This document shows positions 1 through 9,998 of a stretch of 64,000 nt of DNA, in pieces. The notes beneath the pieces were generated by a model that was not told where the DNA came from, did no database searches, and worked only from the letters and a program-made list of their open reading frames with translations. Position numbers and translations under genes: made by a program. This DNA comes from a virus (taxonomy: Duplodnaviria; Caudoviricetes), in the IMG/VR virus record IMGVR_UViG_3300020227_000045, positions 10,496 to 74,495 of that record; one strand, 5' to 3'. Each line of letters begins with the position of its first letter. Position 1 is the stretch's first letter.

Positions 1-143
1 CTAAACAATAATTACTAAATCCATATTTTTCTAAATTAATCATTCCTAAAACAACTCCTTATTAATAAAATGATTCTTTTATTTAATATACTCTTATTAT
101 ACAATAAAACTCTACCTAAGTCAATAGATAGAGTTAAAGTTTT

Positions 144-626
144 TTATTTATTTTGTTTTAAATACTCTTTTACTTCTTCAACTACTTCAGTGAAGTAATC
201 ACTTTCGTTTACAGTTCTACCTGTCTTAGTGTCAAATACTTCAATATATTCATCTAATCCGAAAGGTAGGTATTCATAATCTTCTTCCAACTCTTCGATA
301 GTATTAAAACTAATTTTTAAATCTCCTGTACCTCCACTAGGGTAGTAACTTTCATAACTAAATAATAAAAATCTATAATATATAGGTTCTCTTAAATAAA
401 CATGCTCTTTAGGCATCTTACGACCCTCATAATGAGTTAATTCTTTAATCACTGCGTAATCTTTAATTACTACACCTTTTACTTTTTCATAAATGTTAAT
501 ACCTACCTCTTTATACCCTTCTTCTTCCAAAGACCATATTACATTATCTATATTTGTATATACTGTTTCTTCCTGTGTTGCTTTACCATCTTTTATGAAT
601 TCCAATTGATATACTTTATTTGCCAT
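144..626 (-). CDS. hypothetical phage protein
   Basis: 160-aa ORF in a tightly packed minus-strand cluster with an upstream SD-like sequence. Confidence 0.7.
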   Translation of the reverse strand: MANKVYQLEFIKDGKATQEETVYTNIDNVIWSLEEEGYKEVGINIYEKVKGVVIKDYAVIKELTHYEGRKMPKEHVYLREPIYYRFLLFSYESYYPSGGTGDLKISFNTIEELEEDYEYLPFGLDEYIEVFDTKTGRTVNESDYFTEVVEEVKEYLKQNK

Positions 627-801
627 TCTGGATTTCTCCTTTATTTTTTAGTTTTCTTACTCTTTCTATAGCTATCAAGCTCTCTACCATACTATGAACA
701 CTTGCAGTATTTGAATCATATTCTTCTTGTAGTAGTAATTCAAATTCTTTCTTAATATTTTCTAATTTTTCTATCCTACTCATTATAATTTCCTCTATCA
801 T
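616..801 (-). CDS. hypothetical phage protein
   Basis: 61-aa ORF overlapping both neighbours, GGAAATT upstream. Confidence 0.6.
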   Translation of the reverse strand: MIEEIIMSRIEKLENIKKEFELLLQEEYDSNTASVHSMVESLIAIERVRKLKNKGEIQNGK

Positions 802-1210
802 TAATTTCTTTTAATGTTGCATCTATATGTCTATGAATCATTTTATCATCTGCCATTGCTTTAATAGCTTTCATTTGATGAATTAAAAACTCATAGTTTG
901 AAGGTTTTGGTTGAGACCAAAGAAGTATTGTAATGCTGTCTCTTATATAACCGAAAGTAACTGCTTTTTCAAGAAATACTCTCTTAACGTAGTCATATTC
1001 ATAGATGTACCCATCACTTTCTATTCTTAAGGTAGTATTACCTTCTGTATTTGCTAGGTGTGATATTTCTTGTGTAAATGCTTTAGCTAAAATAATGTCT
1101 GCATCTAAATCAAAAACACCAATAGTTAAATTATTATACTCATCTTGTCTTCTTACTTCTTCCAAAATAAGTTCATAGTTTTCATCTTCTGAAATTAAAA
1201 TCATTTTCAT
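776..1210 (-). CDS. hypothetical phage protein
   Basis: 144-aa ORF, AAGGAGG SD at about 1220-1226. Confidence 0.7.
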   Translation of the reverse strand: MKMILISEDENYELILEEVRRQDEYNNLTIGVFDLDADIILAKAFTQEISHLANTEGNTTLRIESDGYIYEYDYVKRVFLEKAVTFGYIRDSITILLWSQPKPSNYEFLIHQMKAIKAMADDKMIHRHIDATLKEINDRGNYNE

Positions 1211-1223
1211 TATAATATCCTCC

Positions 1224-1448
1224 TTAAAATAAGATAGAACCTGCTACAGTGTAATCATTTCTTTCTAAACAATACTGTTGTAGCTTAATGTAATCATCTT
1301 TATTAATATTTGATACATCAATTTGCAATACACCTTTATCAGTGTCCGCATTAAATTCTGTGTTAACAATTACTAAAATATTTCCAGTAAATCTAACCTT
1401 ACATGGTTTATTCTTTTTAATAGTTTCTAATACCTCTTTATGATCCAT
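1224..1448 (-). CDS. hypothetical phage protein
   Basis: 74-aa ORF, AAGGAGG SD upstream. Confidence 0.7.
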   Translation of the reverse strand: MDHKEVLETIKKNKPCKVRFTGNILVIVNTEFNADTDKGVLQIDVSNINKDDYIKLQQYCLERNDYTVAGSILF

Positions 1449-1523
1449 TTGTAATTTCCTCCTTATTTATTATAATCTTATTATATAATAAAAGAAACCT
1501 ACTGTCAATAGGTTTCTAAAAGT

Positions 1524-1811
1524 TTATTTTATAAATCCTTTAAGTTCTAAAATTGCATAATATTCAGGGTTTAAAATATGAAGCACTCCCCAAATGAAAC
1601 TTGCAACAATAGCTACAATCATAATAACATATACAACAAATGCAGTAGGATTATTGAAAGGTACTTGAAACTTCTTAACCAATACCCAAATTACAAATGC
1701 TAGTGCTACACCTAATAAAACAAAACCTAAACCTATTAATACTTGTTGCCATACCATTGTCGAAAATCCTTGCCCTAGTGCATTACTTGCTTTCTCAATT
1801 GCTTTATCCAT
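1524..1811 (-). CDS. membrane protein (2 TM)
   Basis: two hydrophobic stretches in a 95-aa ORF. Confidence 0.75.
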   Translation of the reverse strand: MDKAIEKASNALGQGFSTMVWQQVLIGLGFVLLGVALAFVIWVLVKKFQVPFNNPTAFVVYVIMIVAIVASFIWGVLHILNPEYYAILELKGFIK

Positions 1812-2003
1812 TTATTTTCTCTCCTCTCTAATTTTATCAAATTCTTTAGTAGTTTTAATACTGTACTCTGTATCTGGGTTACGTTCTTCTAGTCTTTCTT
1901 TAAGTTCTTCTAAGATAGAAATATCTCTATTTGCTCTGATTTGTTTAGGTACTTTTTTCTTACCTACTTTATCATAATAACATAAAGCATACCATGTGTC
2001 CAT
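1812..2003 (-). CDS. hypothetical phage protein
   Basis: 63-aa ORF abutting the next gene. Confidence 0.6.
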   Translation of the reverse strand: MDTWYALCYYDKVGKKKVPKQIRANRDISILEELKERLEERNPDTEYSIKTTKEFDKIREERK

Positions 2004-2009
2004 ATTAAT

Positions 2010-2200
2010 CCGTTGTCAAAAATTTATAAAACTCTATAAATTTTATTCCTTATTCAACGTACCCCTTTTTGAGTATTTCACTATAAATAGCTACTTCTGA
2101 TTACTCTACTAAGGTTTGTGTGATACTCCAAAGGCTTAAATTCCCATACAACGAATGGTACATATATTTAGTATCGTGTTAGTGATATTCTAAATATTAT
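2010..2200 (-). ncRNA. putative TnpB omega-RNA / IS607-type right end
   Basis: directly 3' of tnpB; minus strand reads ATGTACCATTCGTTGTATGGGAATTTAAGCCTTTGGAGT...GGGGTACGTTGAATAAGGAA...TTTTTGACAACGG, resembling IS607-type right ends terminating in GG; limits approximate. Confidence 0.65.
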
Positions 2201-3302
2201 AGTTAGCTAAATTAATACTTGCATTAAGGTCTCTATCAATGCTAAAACCACATTCACAGTTAAATACTCTGTCTGATAGTTTTAAGTCTTTATTAATGGT
2301 TCCACAGTTAGAGCACATCTTACTAGAAGGAAAGAATCTATTTGCTATAACTAAGTCAATACCTTTATTCTTAGTTTTATACTCTAACTGTCTACGAAAT
2401 TCATAGAAACCTTGTTTTTGTATTGCTTTAGCTAAATGTCTATTTTTCATCATACCGCTCACATTCAAATCTTCAATTACAATTCTTCTAGGTTTGGTTT
2501 TCACTATAGAAGATGTAGTTTGATGTAAATGGTTTTTACGAGTATTAGACAATCTTCGTTGTAGTAGTTTGATTTCTTTTTCAAGTTTTATAATATTGCA
2601 AGTTTTAACAAACGTACTCCCTTCTTTATTGTTTTGGTATTTACGAGATACCTTACGTTGCAATCTACGTAATCTTTTTTCTAATTTTTTAGTTTTTACT
2701 GTTTTATTTATATTACCATAAATAGTTCCATCAGAGCATATTGCTAGCTCTTTTATCCCTAAGTCAATACCTAAAGATTCATTTGTTAGTTCTTCATATT
2801 CATCTTCTTTTTCTATAGAAACACTTATATACCAATACTTACCATCGAAGGTAATCCTAGGGTTATAGTATTTAGTATCTGTAGGAAGTTGTTCTGAGGT
2901 TCTAACCCAACCTATTTTTTCTAATAATACTAATTTTTCTTTTACTTTTAATTTTTGTGTATCATTATAGAAACTAGGTCTTGTTTTCTTTCTAGACTTA
3001 AATTTAGGAAACTTAGCTTGACCTTTAAAAAACCTCTTGTAAGCGTTACAAGAATCTTTAACTGATTGCTTAGGGATATTGTTACTTACCTCAGTTAACC
3101 AATTAAATTCTTCAGTTTTCTTAAGTTGAGTAATTTCTTTACGTAAAACAGAATCAGGTATAAATTTATTTCCTTGTTTATAATTTTCTTGTTGTTTTCC
3201 TAAGACCCAATTATATATAAATCTTGCTGTTCCTGAAGATTTATATAACTGTTTTTCTTGTTGTTTAGTAGGTTTAATTCTAACTTTTTTAGTTATCATC
3301 AT
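2190..3302 (-). mobile_element. tnpB: TnpB RNA-guided endonuclease (IS200/IS605/IS607 OrfB), no transposase nearby
   Basis: N-terminal HTH_OrfB (KVRIKPTKQQ...GTARFIYNW), RuvC motifs GIDLG, IVIEDL and DRDLNASINL, Zn ribbon CSNCG...CECG. Confidence 0.93.
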
Positions 3303-3371
3303 TTAATTCACCTACTATATTACTAAATTTTACTATAGACATATATGCCATAATATCATCCTCCTATTTAT

Positions 3372-3400
3372 AGTATATAATACTATTATCTATATGTCAA
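3372..3400 (-). promoter_or_regulatory. sigma-A-type promoter upstream of tnpB
   Basis: TTGACA-17 bp-TATACT on minus strand, followed by AGGAGG. Confidence 0.75.
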
Positions 3401-3444
3401 CAACTATTTTAAAATTAAGAGGTTCAATTAAGAACCTCTATAAA

Positions 3445-4464
3445 TTACATAAGTAAAGGTTCTGCAACCTCATGTAGATACTTACGTAAATCTTCAATAT
3501 TTTTAATCTCTTTATTTTTAACAACATTTACAAGTGTAGTTTCCAATTCGTTTAGTATTAAATTGAATGTTGTTTTATTCGTTTCTTTAGTATATTTTAA
3601 AGTTATTATATACCCTATTCTTAAATCTATATTTAAAGTACCTTCATTTTTTATAGTTAAATTTGAAGTAGGCATATACCCACCAATATAAATAGGAGAT
3701 GACAACATAGCAAGAATCATAGGTAATCTATCTTTCTCTTGTGTACCTTTTTCTGCTTTCTCTTTTGCTTGTAGGTACTCCCTCTTAGCTCCTAATAAAC
3801 AATCACTTATCCACTGTTCTATATCTCCAACTTCTTTTGGTATTTTAAACTGGTATACAGTATCGAGTGATATACTTAATGTATTTAAGTCTCCTTCTAC
3901 TATAGTAACAGGGATTTTCTTATCTAACTCTTCATCATATAAATAGAAAATAATACCATCATTATTATCTTGTCTAAAGTAATGTACATATCTATTACTG
4001 TTCTTATTTAGAGTGTTCATAGTATTAACTCTAGGATAATTACCAATTTCATCTCTTTGTTCAATATAATCTTTCCATTCAGTTAAAAATGGTGAAAGCT
4101 TATTAACTTCATTAATAAAATATAATGATTCTTCTATATTTTTATCTTTTAAATTTTCTTTAATAAAATCAAAAGCTAATTGAGTACCTTCTTCAAAGTC
4201 TCTTACGTCACCTAAATAAGTATAAAAATCATTATGGTCACAGTGTGTTGCACAGTATCCTTTAACTTGAATGATTGTAAAAACAAAATTAAAGTCTTTC
4301 TCAGTTAATGGTCTTTCTAACGTATCTAAATCAATTTCTTTTTTAACTGAAACTAAAAGTACCTTCTTATCATTTTCTATATATGAGTGATTAAATACAG
4401 TTAAGTACTTACCTTCCCCTGTTAAAAATCGTTTTACTTTTAATTTCTTTTTATCAAACTCCAT
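3445..4464 (-). CDS. hypothetical phage protein
   Basis: 339-aa ORF with AAGGAG SD and its own upstream promoter-like sequence; no motif recognised. Confidence 0.75.
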   Translation of the reverse strand: MEFDKKKLKVKRFLTGEGKYLTVFNHSYIENDKKVLLVSVKKEIDLDTLERPLTEKDFNFVFTIIQVKGYCATHCDHNDFYTYLGDVRDFEEGTQLAFDFIKENLKDKNIEESLYFINEVNKLSPFLTEWKDYIEQRDEIGNYPRVNTMNTLNKNSNRYVHYFRQDNNDGIIFYLYDEELDKKIPVTIVEGDLNTLSISLDTVYQFKIPKEVGDIEQWISDCLLGAKREYLQAKEKAEKGTQEKDRLPMILAMLSSPIYIGGYMPTSNLTIKNEGTLNIDLRIGYIITLKYTKETNKTTFNLILNELETTLVNVVKNKEIKNIEDLRKYLHEVAEPLLM

Positions 4465-4798
4465 AATATCTCTCCTTTATCTGTTATATATACAGTTTAC
4501 CACAGATACTTATTTGTGTCAATAAAAAAAAAGACACCTTTTTTAGGTGTCTTTGTTTCTTTTAAGTTTTTGAATTAGTAACTCTATTTTGATTTTAATA
4601 TATTCTAAAATATTCATAGTTTAACCTACTTTGCTGAGTACTCCCAGTTCCAATACGTACCATCATATGAGAATTTGTATTTAAAACCATCTAATTCAAA
4701 ACCAATATCATACTTTTCGTTCTTCAAAGGCTTCTCGTTTAATACAGGACTATTACTTTTTGCTAATTCTGCTAAAAATTCTTTACTGATTTCTAACA

Positions 4799-5170
4799 TT
4801 ATTTTTCACGCTCCTCATAATTAATGTAACATTTTACATATTTTTCTAAAAATGTTGTGATTACTTTATCTGGTTTTTCTTTATAAAGTTTGTTGAGTTC
4901 ATATTGTGTTAAAGTTTTCTCTAATATTACATCTATTAAATGATTATGAACATCCTCTAAATTAAAACAATGTTCTGACATATAATCTAGGTCTATTTTA
5001 ACATAAATAATTTCCCCACGTTTATTATCATTCACTCTAGCTGTATAATAACGTGTTGTTCCTAAATTATGTGCATGTGTAGCCACATTACCATCTAAGA
5101 ACACGTAGCCTTCGTCTAATATTTCTTCTAGGAAAACTTCGATTAATTGTGCCAAAAGGTTATTATTCAT
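4799..5170 (-). CDS. hypothetical phage protein
   Basis: 123-aa ORF. Confidence 0.7.
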   Translation of the reverse strand: MNNNLLAQLIEVFLEEILDEGYVFLDGNVATHAHNLGTTRYYTARVNDNKRGEIIYVKIDLDYMSEHCFNLEDVHNHLIDVILEKTLTQYELNKLYKEKPDKVITTFLEKYVKCYINYEEREK

Positions 5171-5639
5171 AGAGAGAAAGACCTTCTCTTAATCTGACAA
5201 AGTAACTAAAGATTTTAATTAACTCTTTATACGTATCATCTTTACGTCCTAAACGTGTTGTGTATTTTACAATATTAAATACCATAGACCCAACAAATTG
5301 CTCTCTTGTGAAATATTCTTCTTGTAAGAATTGAATAACATCCACCTCACCATTGTAGTGACTAGGAATACTAATATCTTCCTTAGTGATTGTATGTCCA
5401 AAGTAGCTACTTAAATCTAAGATTGCAGTTCCTAAATAATCTAAAACTTGTTCACTCGGCTCCTCAAACAAATTCATGTCTTGAGTAACATAAAAAGCAT
5501 TATCTAAAACTTCTCGTTTAATTCCTTTAAGCTCTTGTTCATCTGTACCCTGTGTTTCTAAAAATTCTTTTGCATCCATATATCTAATCTCCTTTTCATC
5601 TTCTAAATGTATTATATCATAAAAGTTAATTAATTGCAA
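5163..5639 (-). CDS. DUF3310-like (putative nucleotide kinase) protein
   Basis: C-terminal GSMVFNIVKYTTRLGRKDDTYKELIK resembles the DUF3310 KY..R.G.K motif. Confidence 0.6.
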   Translation of the reverse strand: MQLINFYDIIHLEDEKEIRYMDAKEFLETQGTDEQELKGIKREVLDNAFYVTQDMNLFEEPSEQVLDYLGTAILDLSSYFGHTITKEDISIPSHYNGEVDVIQFLQEEYFTREQFVGSMVFNIVKYTTRLGRKDDTYKELIKIFSYFVRLREGLSLYE

Positions 5640-5729
5640 ACAAAAACCCCTAACCGAAGTCAGGGGTAAAAAGGAAAAAAGATATTATGGAGTTTGTGCC
5701 AATTGACACATTTTTAATATATCATTTTG

Positions 5730-5924
5730 TTAATAGTTTATGTCGTTTACATTAATATTTTTAATACTTCCATCTAAATAATCATTTGGATGATTATTAA
5801 TATCTTCTTCGATTTCTTCTTCAATATTTTGGTCTTTATTAAAGTCTACATTCCAAGTAATATGCTTAGATAAAGACACTGTGTAATCTACTCTTACAGT
5901 TCTTTCATTCATTTCATCTTTCAT
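5730..5924 (-). CDS. hypothetical phage protein
   Basis: 64-aa ORF. Confidence 0.55.
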   Translation of the reverse strand: MKDEMNERTVRVDYTVSLSKHITWNVDFNKDQNIEEEIEEDINNHPNDYLDGSIKNINVNDINY

Positions 5925-6172
5925 TTAGAAACCTCATTTAAATGTGCGTGGTCTGTTTCGTTGAAATCTGGTAAGTCTACATCATCATTTGCTGTTAAGT
6001 AGTAGATTAATTCTTGTATAAGATATTTCATTAATACAATAAGTGGTATTATAATTGCTAGTATAGTTATTAATTTCTTCATATTCTCACCGCAACTCTA
6101 TCATGTATTTTATAACTCTCTTTTTCTATTACTTCACAACCATTAAACTTGTATCCTGTCATATCTATAGCT

Positions 6173-7012
6173 TTACTCAATAATATCACTTTCTTTAATA
6201 AATGAGCCATCTTTAGACATCTTACCTTTTCTATCTTTTATTTCTCCATACGCTTGCTCTAAACATTCTTCTAAATTCATACCATTTTGTTGTGCTAATA
6301 TTACTAATGTAACGATAACGTCTCCTATGCCGTCTCTAAGCTCGTCTATATCATTTCTGCATAATGCAGCAGCAACCTCGCCTGATTCTTCAAAAAATTT
6401 CGCTAACTGTACGAAACTATTTCCTCTATCTAATCCTTTATCTTTACTCCATTGTTCTACTGATTTTACTAACTCTTCCATTCCTAATCTCTCCTCATAT
6501 TCTTTTATTAATTTTTCCATAGTTTTTAATTCTTCATGAAGTTTTACGATTTGTTTTTTATATTCTTCTCTATCAGAAAAAACACTAGCTTTAACATAAT
6601 CGCTTTGACGTAGCTCTTCTTTGAGTTTTTTGTTTTCTTTCTTTAAATCTTTACATTTAATTGAATAATGTCTAACATCTTCCAATAATTTAAGGTCATT
6701 GTCTTCAAGTTGTTCTTGTAGTCGTTCGTTTTCTTGTTGAAGTCTTTCATTCTCTTCTTCTAAATAATCTTCTCTATTAGCCCAATTTACATTACCTTCT
6801 GAATCTGTTTTTTTACTGTCTTTGTATAACACTGACATAACATATTCACTTTTTACTGCTACCATTTCTCCTATTTTTCTATCAAATAAATCAATGTAAT
6901 CATGTGAATCAATATATTTTAAAACATCTTTTTTACCATGGAAATTAGTTATAATCTCATATTCTTTACCATTTGTCATTTTAACAACATATCTAAATTC
7001 ATAATTAACCAC
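6173..7012 (-). CDS. coiled-coil protein with C-terminal MazG-like NTP pyrophosphohydrolase domain
   Basis: VEQWSKDKGL...QLAKFFEESGEVAAA...DELRDGIGDVIVTLVILAQQ...AYGEIKDRKG. Confidence 0.8.
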   Translation of the reverse strand: MVNYEFRYVVKMTNGKEYEIITNFHGKKDVLKYIDSHDYIDLFDRKIGEMVAVKSEYVMSVLYKDSKKTDSEGNVNWANREDYLEEENERLQQENERLQEQLEDNDLKLLEDVRHYSIKCKDLKKENKKLKEELRQSDYVKASVFSDREEYKKQIVKLHEELKTMEKLIKEYEERLGMEELVKSVEQWSKDKGLDRGNSFVQLAKFFEESGEVAAALCRNDIDELRDGIGDVIVTLVILAQQNGMNLEECLEQAYGEIKDRKGKMSKDGSFIKESDIIE

Positions 7013-7018
7013 TATCTA

Positions 7019-7249
7019 TCACTCCTCATATTCTTCCATTACAGATTCAAATACCTTATCTAATTCATTTCCACCTTGTTTACCATATTTTTCAACATGT
7101 TTTTTATATTTTAAGAAAGTATCAAATGCTTTTGCTTTACGATACACTTCTTGTAATTCAGTAATTGATTTTGTAATGTTAGCTCCACCTGATAAAACAT
7201 TATAACTATTTAGCTTTCTAATATTTTCTTTCTCATACTCATACGCCAT
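7019..7249 (-). CDS. DUF1024-like staphylococcal phage protein
   Basis: ELQEVYRKAKAFD motif typical of staphylococcal siphophage small proteins. Confidence 0.55.
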   Translation of the reverse strand: MAYEYEKENIRKLNSYNVLSGGANITKSITELQEVYRKAKAFDTFLKYKKHVEKYGKQGGNELDKVFESVMEEYEE

Positions 7250-7273
7250 CTATCCATCCTCCTATTTAATATA

Positions 7274-7474
7274 TTAATTATATTCTTCCATTATTTCTTC
7301 TACTTCTATTCTTTCATCTTCTGATAAATCTATTTTTTCTCTTACAATTTCTTCAGCTTCATCTTCATCAAGTGCTTTAACTGTTAATTCATACGGAGTA
7401 ACAACATAGCCTTTTACTTTATAATTCTTTCCAATCATAGTTCTTCTTAAAGTATCATCATTGTTCATTTCCAT
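7274..7474 (-). CDS. hypothetical phage protein
   Basis: 66-aa ORF. Confidence 0.6.
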   Translation of the reverse strand: MEMNNDDTLRRTMIGKNYKVKGYVVTPYELTVKALDEDEAEEIVREKIDLSEDERIEVEEIMEEYN

Positions 7475-7478
7475 TATA

Positions 7479-7670
7479 TTATTCCTCTTCCTTGTAATTT
7501 CTTGTATTCCATATCTTGACTAATTTATTTACGCTATCAGTTTCAACACGCAACCAAGTAGAAGGTTGTATTTCACATTTAGTATTTATACATTCAATCA
7601 ATGCTTTACCAAGACTATATCTCATATCTGCTCGACCTCCACAAAACGGACAAGGTTTTATTGAATTCAC
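7479..7670 (-). CDS. Lar-family restriction alleviation-like zinc-finger protein
   Basis: KPCPFCGG...C....C...WNTR signature. Confidence 0.75.
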   Translation of the reverse strand: MNSIKPCPFCGGRADMRYSLGKALIECINTKCEIQPSTWLRVETDSVNKLVKIWNTRNYKEEE

Positions 7671-7870
7671 TCACCATCACACTCCTTGAGCTTTCTTTTT
7701 AATTCTCTGTTCTCTTTTTCTAAACGTTCCAGTTTTTTATTTAATCTTTGTAAACATTCGTTTTTAAAATCCACTAAATCATTAGCAATCCTTAACTGTT
7801 CTTCTCTAATACGCAAACTCTCTCTGTAATATTCACTCACTCGGCATCACTCCTCTAATAAATTTGGGTG

Positions 7871-8608
7871 TTACTTATAAAATTTTCCATTTTTTCTGTT
7901 TTGTTCTTTTGCTAAGTTTCTTAAATTTTCTTTTGTTTCTTGTGTGTGACCTTCCCAACTATAATCAGTATCTTGAATGTTACTGATATTACCCTTTTTT
8001 AATCTTTGCCATTGTATTTTATAATGCTTTGTACAAAGTTTATACTTGCTAGAAGTTACTTCATTACATTCTGGGTATATACATTGTGCACTTCCTTTTC
8101 TTATAAACCTATCTTTATTACCTTTTGTATGAAGTTTTGTGTGTTCTTCTGTTGTCATTATCTGCAAGTTTTCAATTCTGTTATCTGACTTATCTTCATT
8201 TATGTGGTGCACTATTTCGTCTTTTCTTAAAGGTCTACCTATATGCTGAGACATTACATATCTATGCTCTGCAATGTAGCCTGACTTTCTGGAGTTTGGG
8301 TGTTCAGGAATCCATATGTCAATATACCCATTCTTCCTTTTGTGTTTTCCACCTTTATTATTTCCACCTTTTTTACCTTTTCTTGATTTAACAAGGTTAT
8401 CTCTTGCTAAACTAGATATTTCTGGTTTTAATATAGACAATCCCATATACTCTATAAAACTATTCCAATTACCAAAGTTTTGCCTTATAGGCATATCACT
8501 TGGTGTTAAATTGCTATCTAACCAGTCTTTTTTAGTAGGTCTTTTACCTAATACTTTTTCTAACTCGTTAAACAAGGACACTAAAGTATTTTTATTATAC
8601 TTAATCAT
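7871..8608 (-). CDS. free-standing HNH homing endonuclease
   Basis: N-terminal homing-endonuclease-associated repeat (LGKRPTKKDW...RQNFGNWN) and HNH motif VHHINEDKSDNRIENLQIMTTEEHTKLH. Confidence 0.85.
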   Translation of the reverse strand: MIKYNKNTLVSLFNELEKVLGKRPTKKDWLDSNLTPSDMPIRQNFGNWNSFIEYMGLSILKPEISSLARDNLVKSRKGKKGGNNKGGKHKRKNGYIDIWIPEHPNSRKSGYIAEHRYVMSQHIGRPLRKDEIVHHINEDKSDNRIENLQIMTTEEHTKLHTKGNKDRFIRKGSAQCIYPECNEVTSSKYKLCTKHYKIQWQRLKKGNISNIQDTDYSWEGHTQETKENLRNLAKEQNRKNGKFYK

Positions 8609-8985
8609 CTACTCAACCAGCCCTTTCTCATGTGTCCATATTAACTTCAATACTCCATTTAATATTGCATGAATTTCAACTACAGCACTGTTTTTCTCTC
8701 TATTAATTGTTGCATCAGTGCAGGTATAAACAGTGCCATCTTCGATTACTTTAACTAACGTGTGAAATACTGTATATTCATCAATTTCTTCCTCGACTTC
8801 GACTATGAAAGTGTCATCTGGATTATATGAAAATTCATCACTAAATTCTGCCCAACCCGATAAATTAAAAATTACTGATTTTTTCTTAAATTCATTACAA
8901 ATATACTCTTTATTTGTTATACCGTTCTCCCACACCCATTCAATAAATTGTGGTAATTTTAATTGTTTCTTAGTTTTACTTTCAT
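8609..8985 (-). pseudogene. staphylococcal phage protein with a probable 1-nt frameshift near the start
   Basis: AGGAGG SD and ATG at 8985 read MKVKLRNN-stop; adding one A in GTAAAACT gives MKVKTKKQLKLPQFIEWVWENG continuous with ORF 8609..8935. Confidence 0.55.
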
Positions 8986-9091
8986 TTTTTATTTCCTCCT
9001 TTTATCTTATGTATTAATAATACCATGTTTAAAACTCATTGTCAATTAAAAAATAAGGGTTTATTAAACCCTTATTATGATTTAGTGTATT

Positions 9092-9526
9092 TTAAATAAA
9101 AGCATCTACTAAGTTATCTATAATTTTATCTTTAATGTGAATATTTTTATTTAAACATTTATATTCTACAACATTAGGGTGTGTTAAATTTCTTTTAGAA
9201 AATACATCGCCTCTAACGTATCCTTTTTCTTTCATATCTTCTAACCATAAGTTATGAAAATCTTCTGAATTTAATTCTGGACATTCAATTCTCATTCTAA
9301 TTTGTGTTCTTATTTGATTTGCAAACTCTGAATCCATACATACATCTTTACATATGTTTTGAGTTTCTAACATATTTAATGTAGCTTGGGTTAAATTATC
9401 TAACATAATTTCTTCATATTCATCTGTTAATTTACTTACATTATTATATGTATTAGAAACATATTTATTATCTGATTTACTAGAAAGTTCTTCCATATCA
9501 TCTACTATTTTATTAATTACAATCAT
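9092..9526 (-). CDS. RyR-repeat-like domain protein
   Basis: FHNLWLEDMKEKGYVRGDVFSKRNLTHPNVVEYKCL...KD resembles the HNxW...GW.YG...KtHP.lvpY..L..kD RyR pattern. Confidence 0.65.
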   Translation of the reverse strand: MIVINKIVDDMEELSSKSDNKYVSNTYNNVSKLTDEYEEIMLDNLTQATLNMLETQNICKDVCMDSEFANQIRTQIRMRIECPELNSEDFHNLWLEDMKEKGYVRGDVFSKRNLTHPNVVEYKCLNKNIHIKDKIIDNLVDAFI

Positions 9527-9737
9527 TTTCCTACTCCTTTCGCATTTACGACTTGGTTTAAAATTTTATTATATAATGGTGTTCCTTTATCTAATTTTTC
9601 TAATATTTCTTTTGCTTCTTCTACTTCTATAATCACTTTTGCTTCCATGTTTTATCAATCCTTTCTTTTAACTTAACTCTATTATAACATCTAATTATTA
9701 AAAACACAAGTATAAAATGCAAAAAAAAAGAAGGCTA

Positions 9738-9998
9738 TTAAAAGCCTTCTAATCTCGTAGTATATGTTGTAGTCTCTATTTTATTAATAGGTGTAACATT
9801 GTCATTCTCTAATAATGATTCATATTTCCTAGAATTCTTAAACTTAATTGTATTAGGTATCGTTAAAGCTTCTTCTAATATTTTTGTAAAAGATACAGGA
9901 ACATTATTATGATTAACTTCCTTAATATACTTCTCTTCTATTTCATCATAAAATACTATTTCATTTTTATTTTGTACGGTTTCTTTATTGTATTCCAT
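9738..9998 (-). CDS. hypothetical phage protein
   Basis: 86-aa ORF abutting the HNH gene. Confidence 0.6.
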   Translation of the reverse strand: MEYNKETVQNKNEIVFYDEIEEKYIKEVNHNNVPVSFTKILEEALTIPNTIKFKNSRKYESLLENDNVTPINKIETTTYTTRLEGF

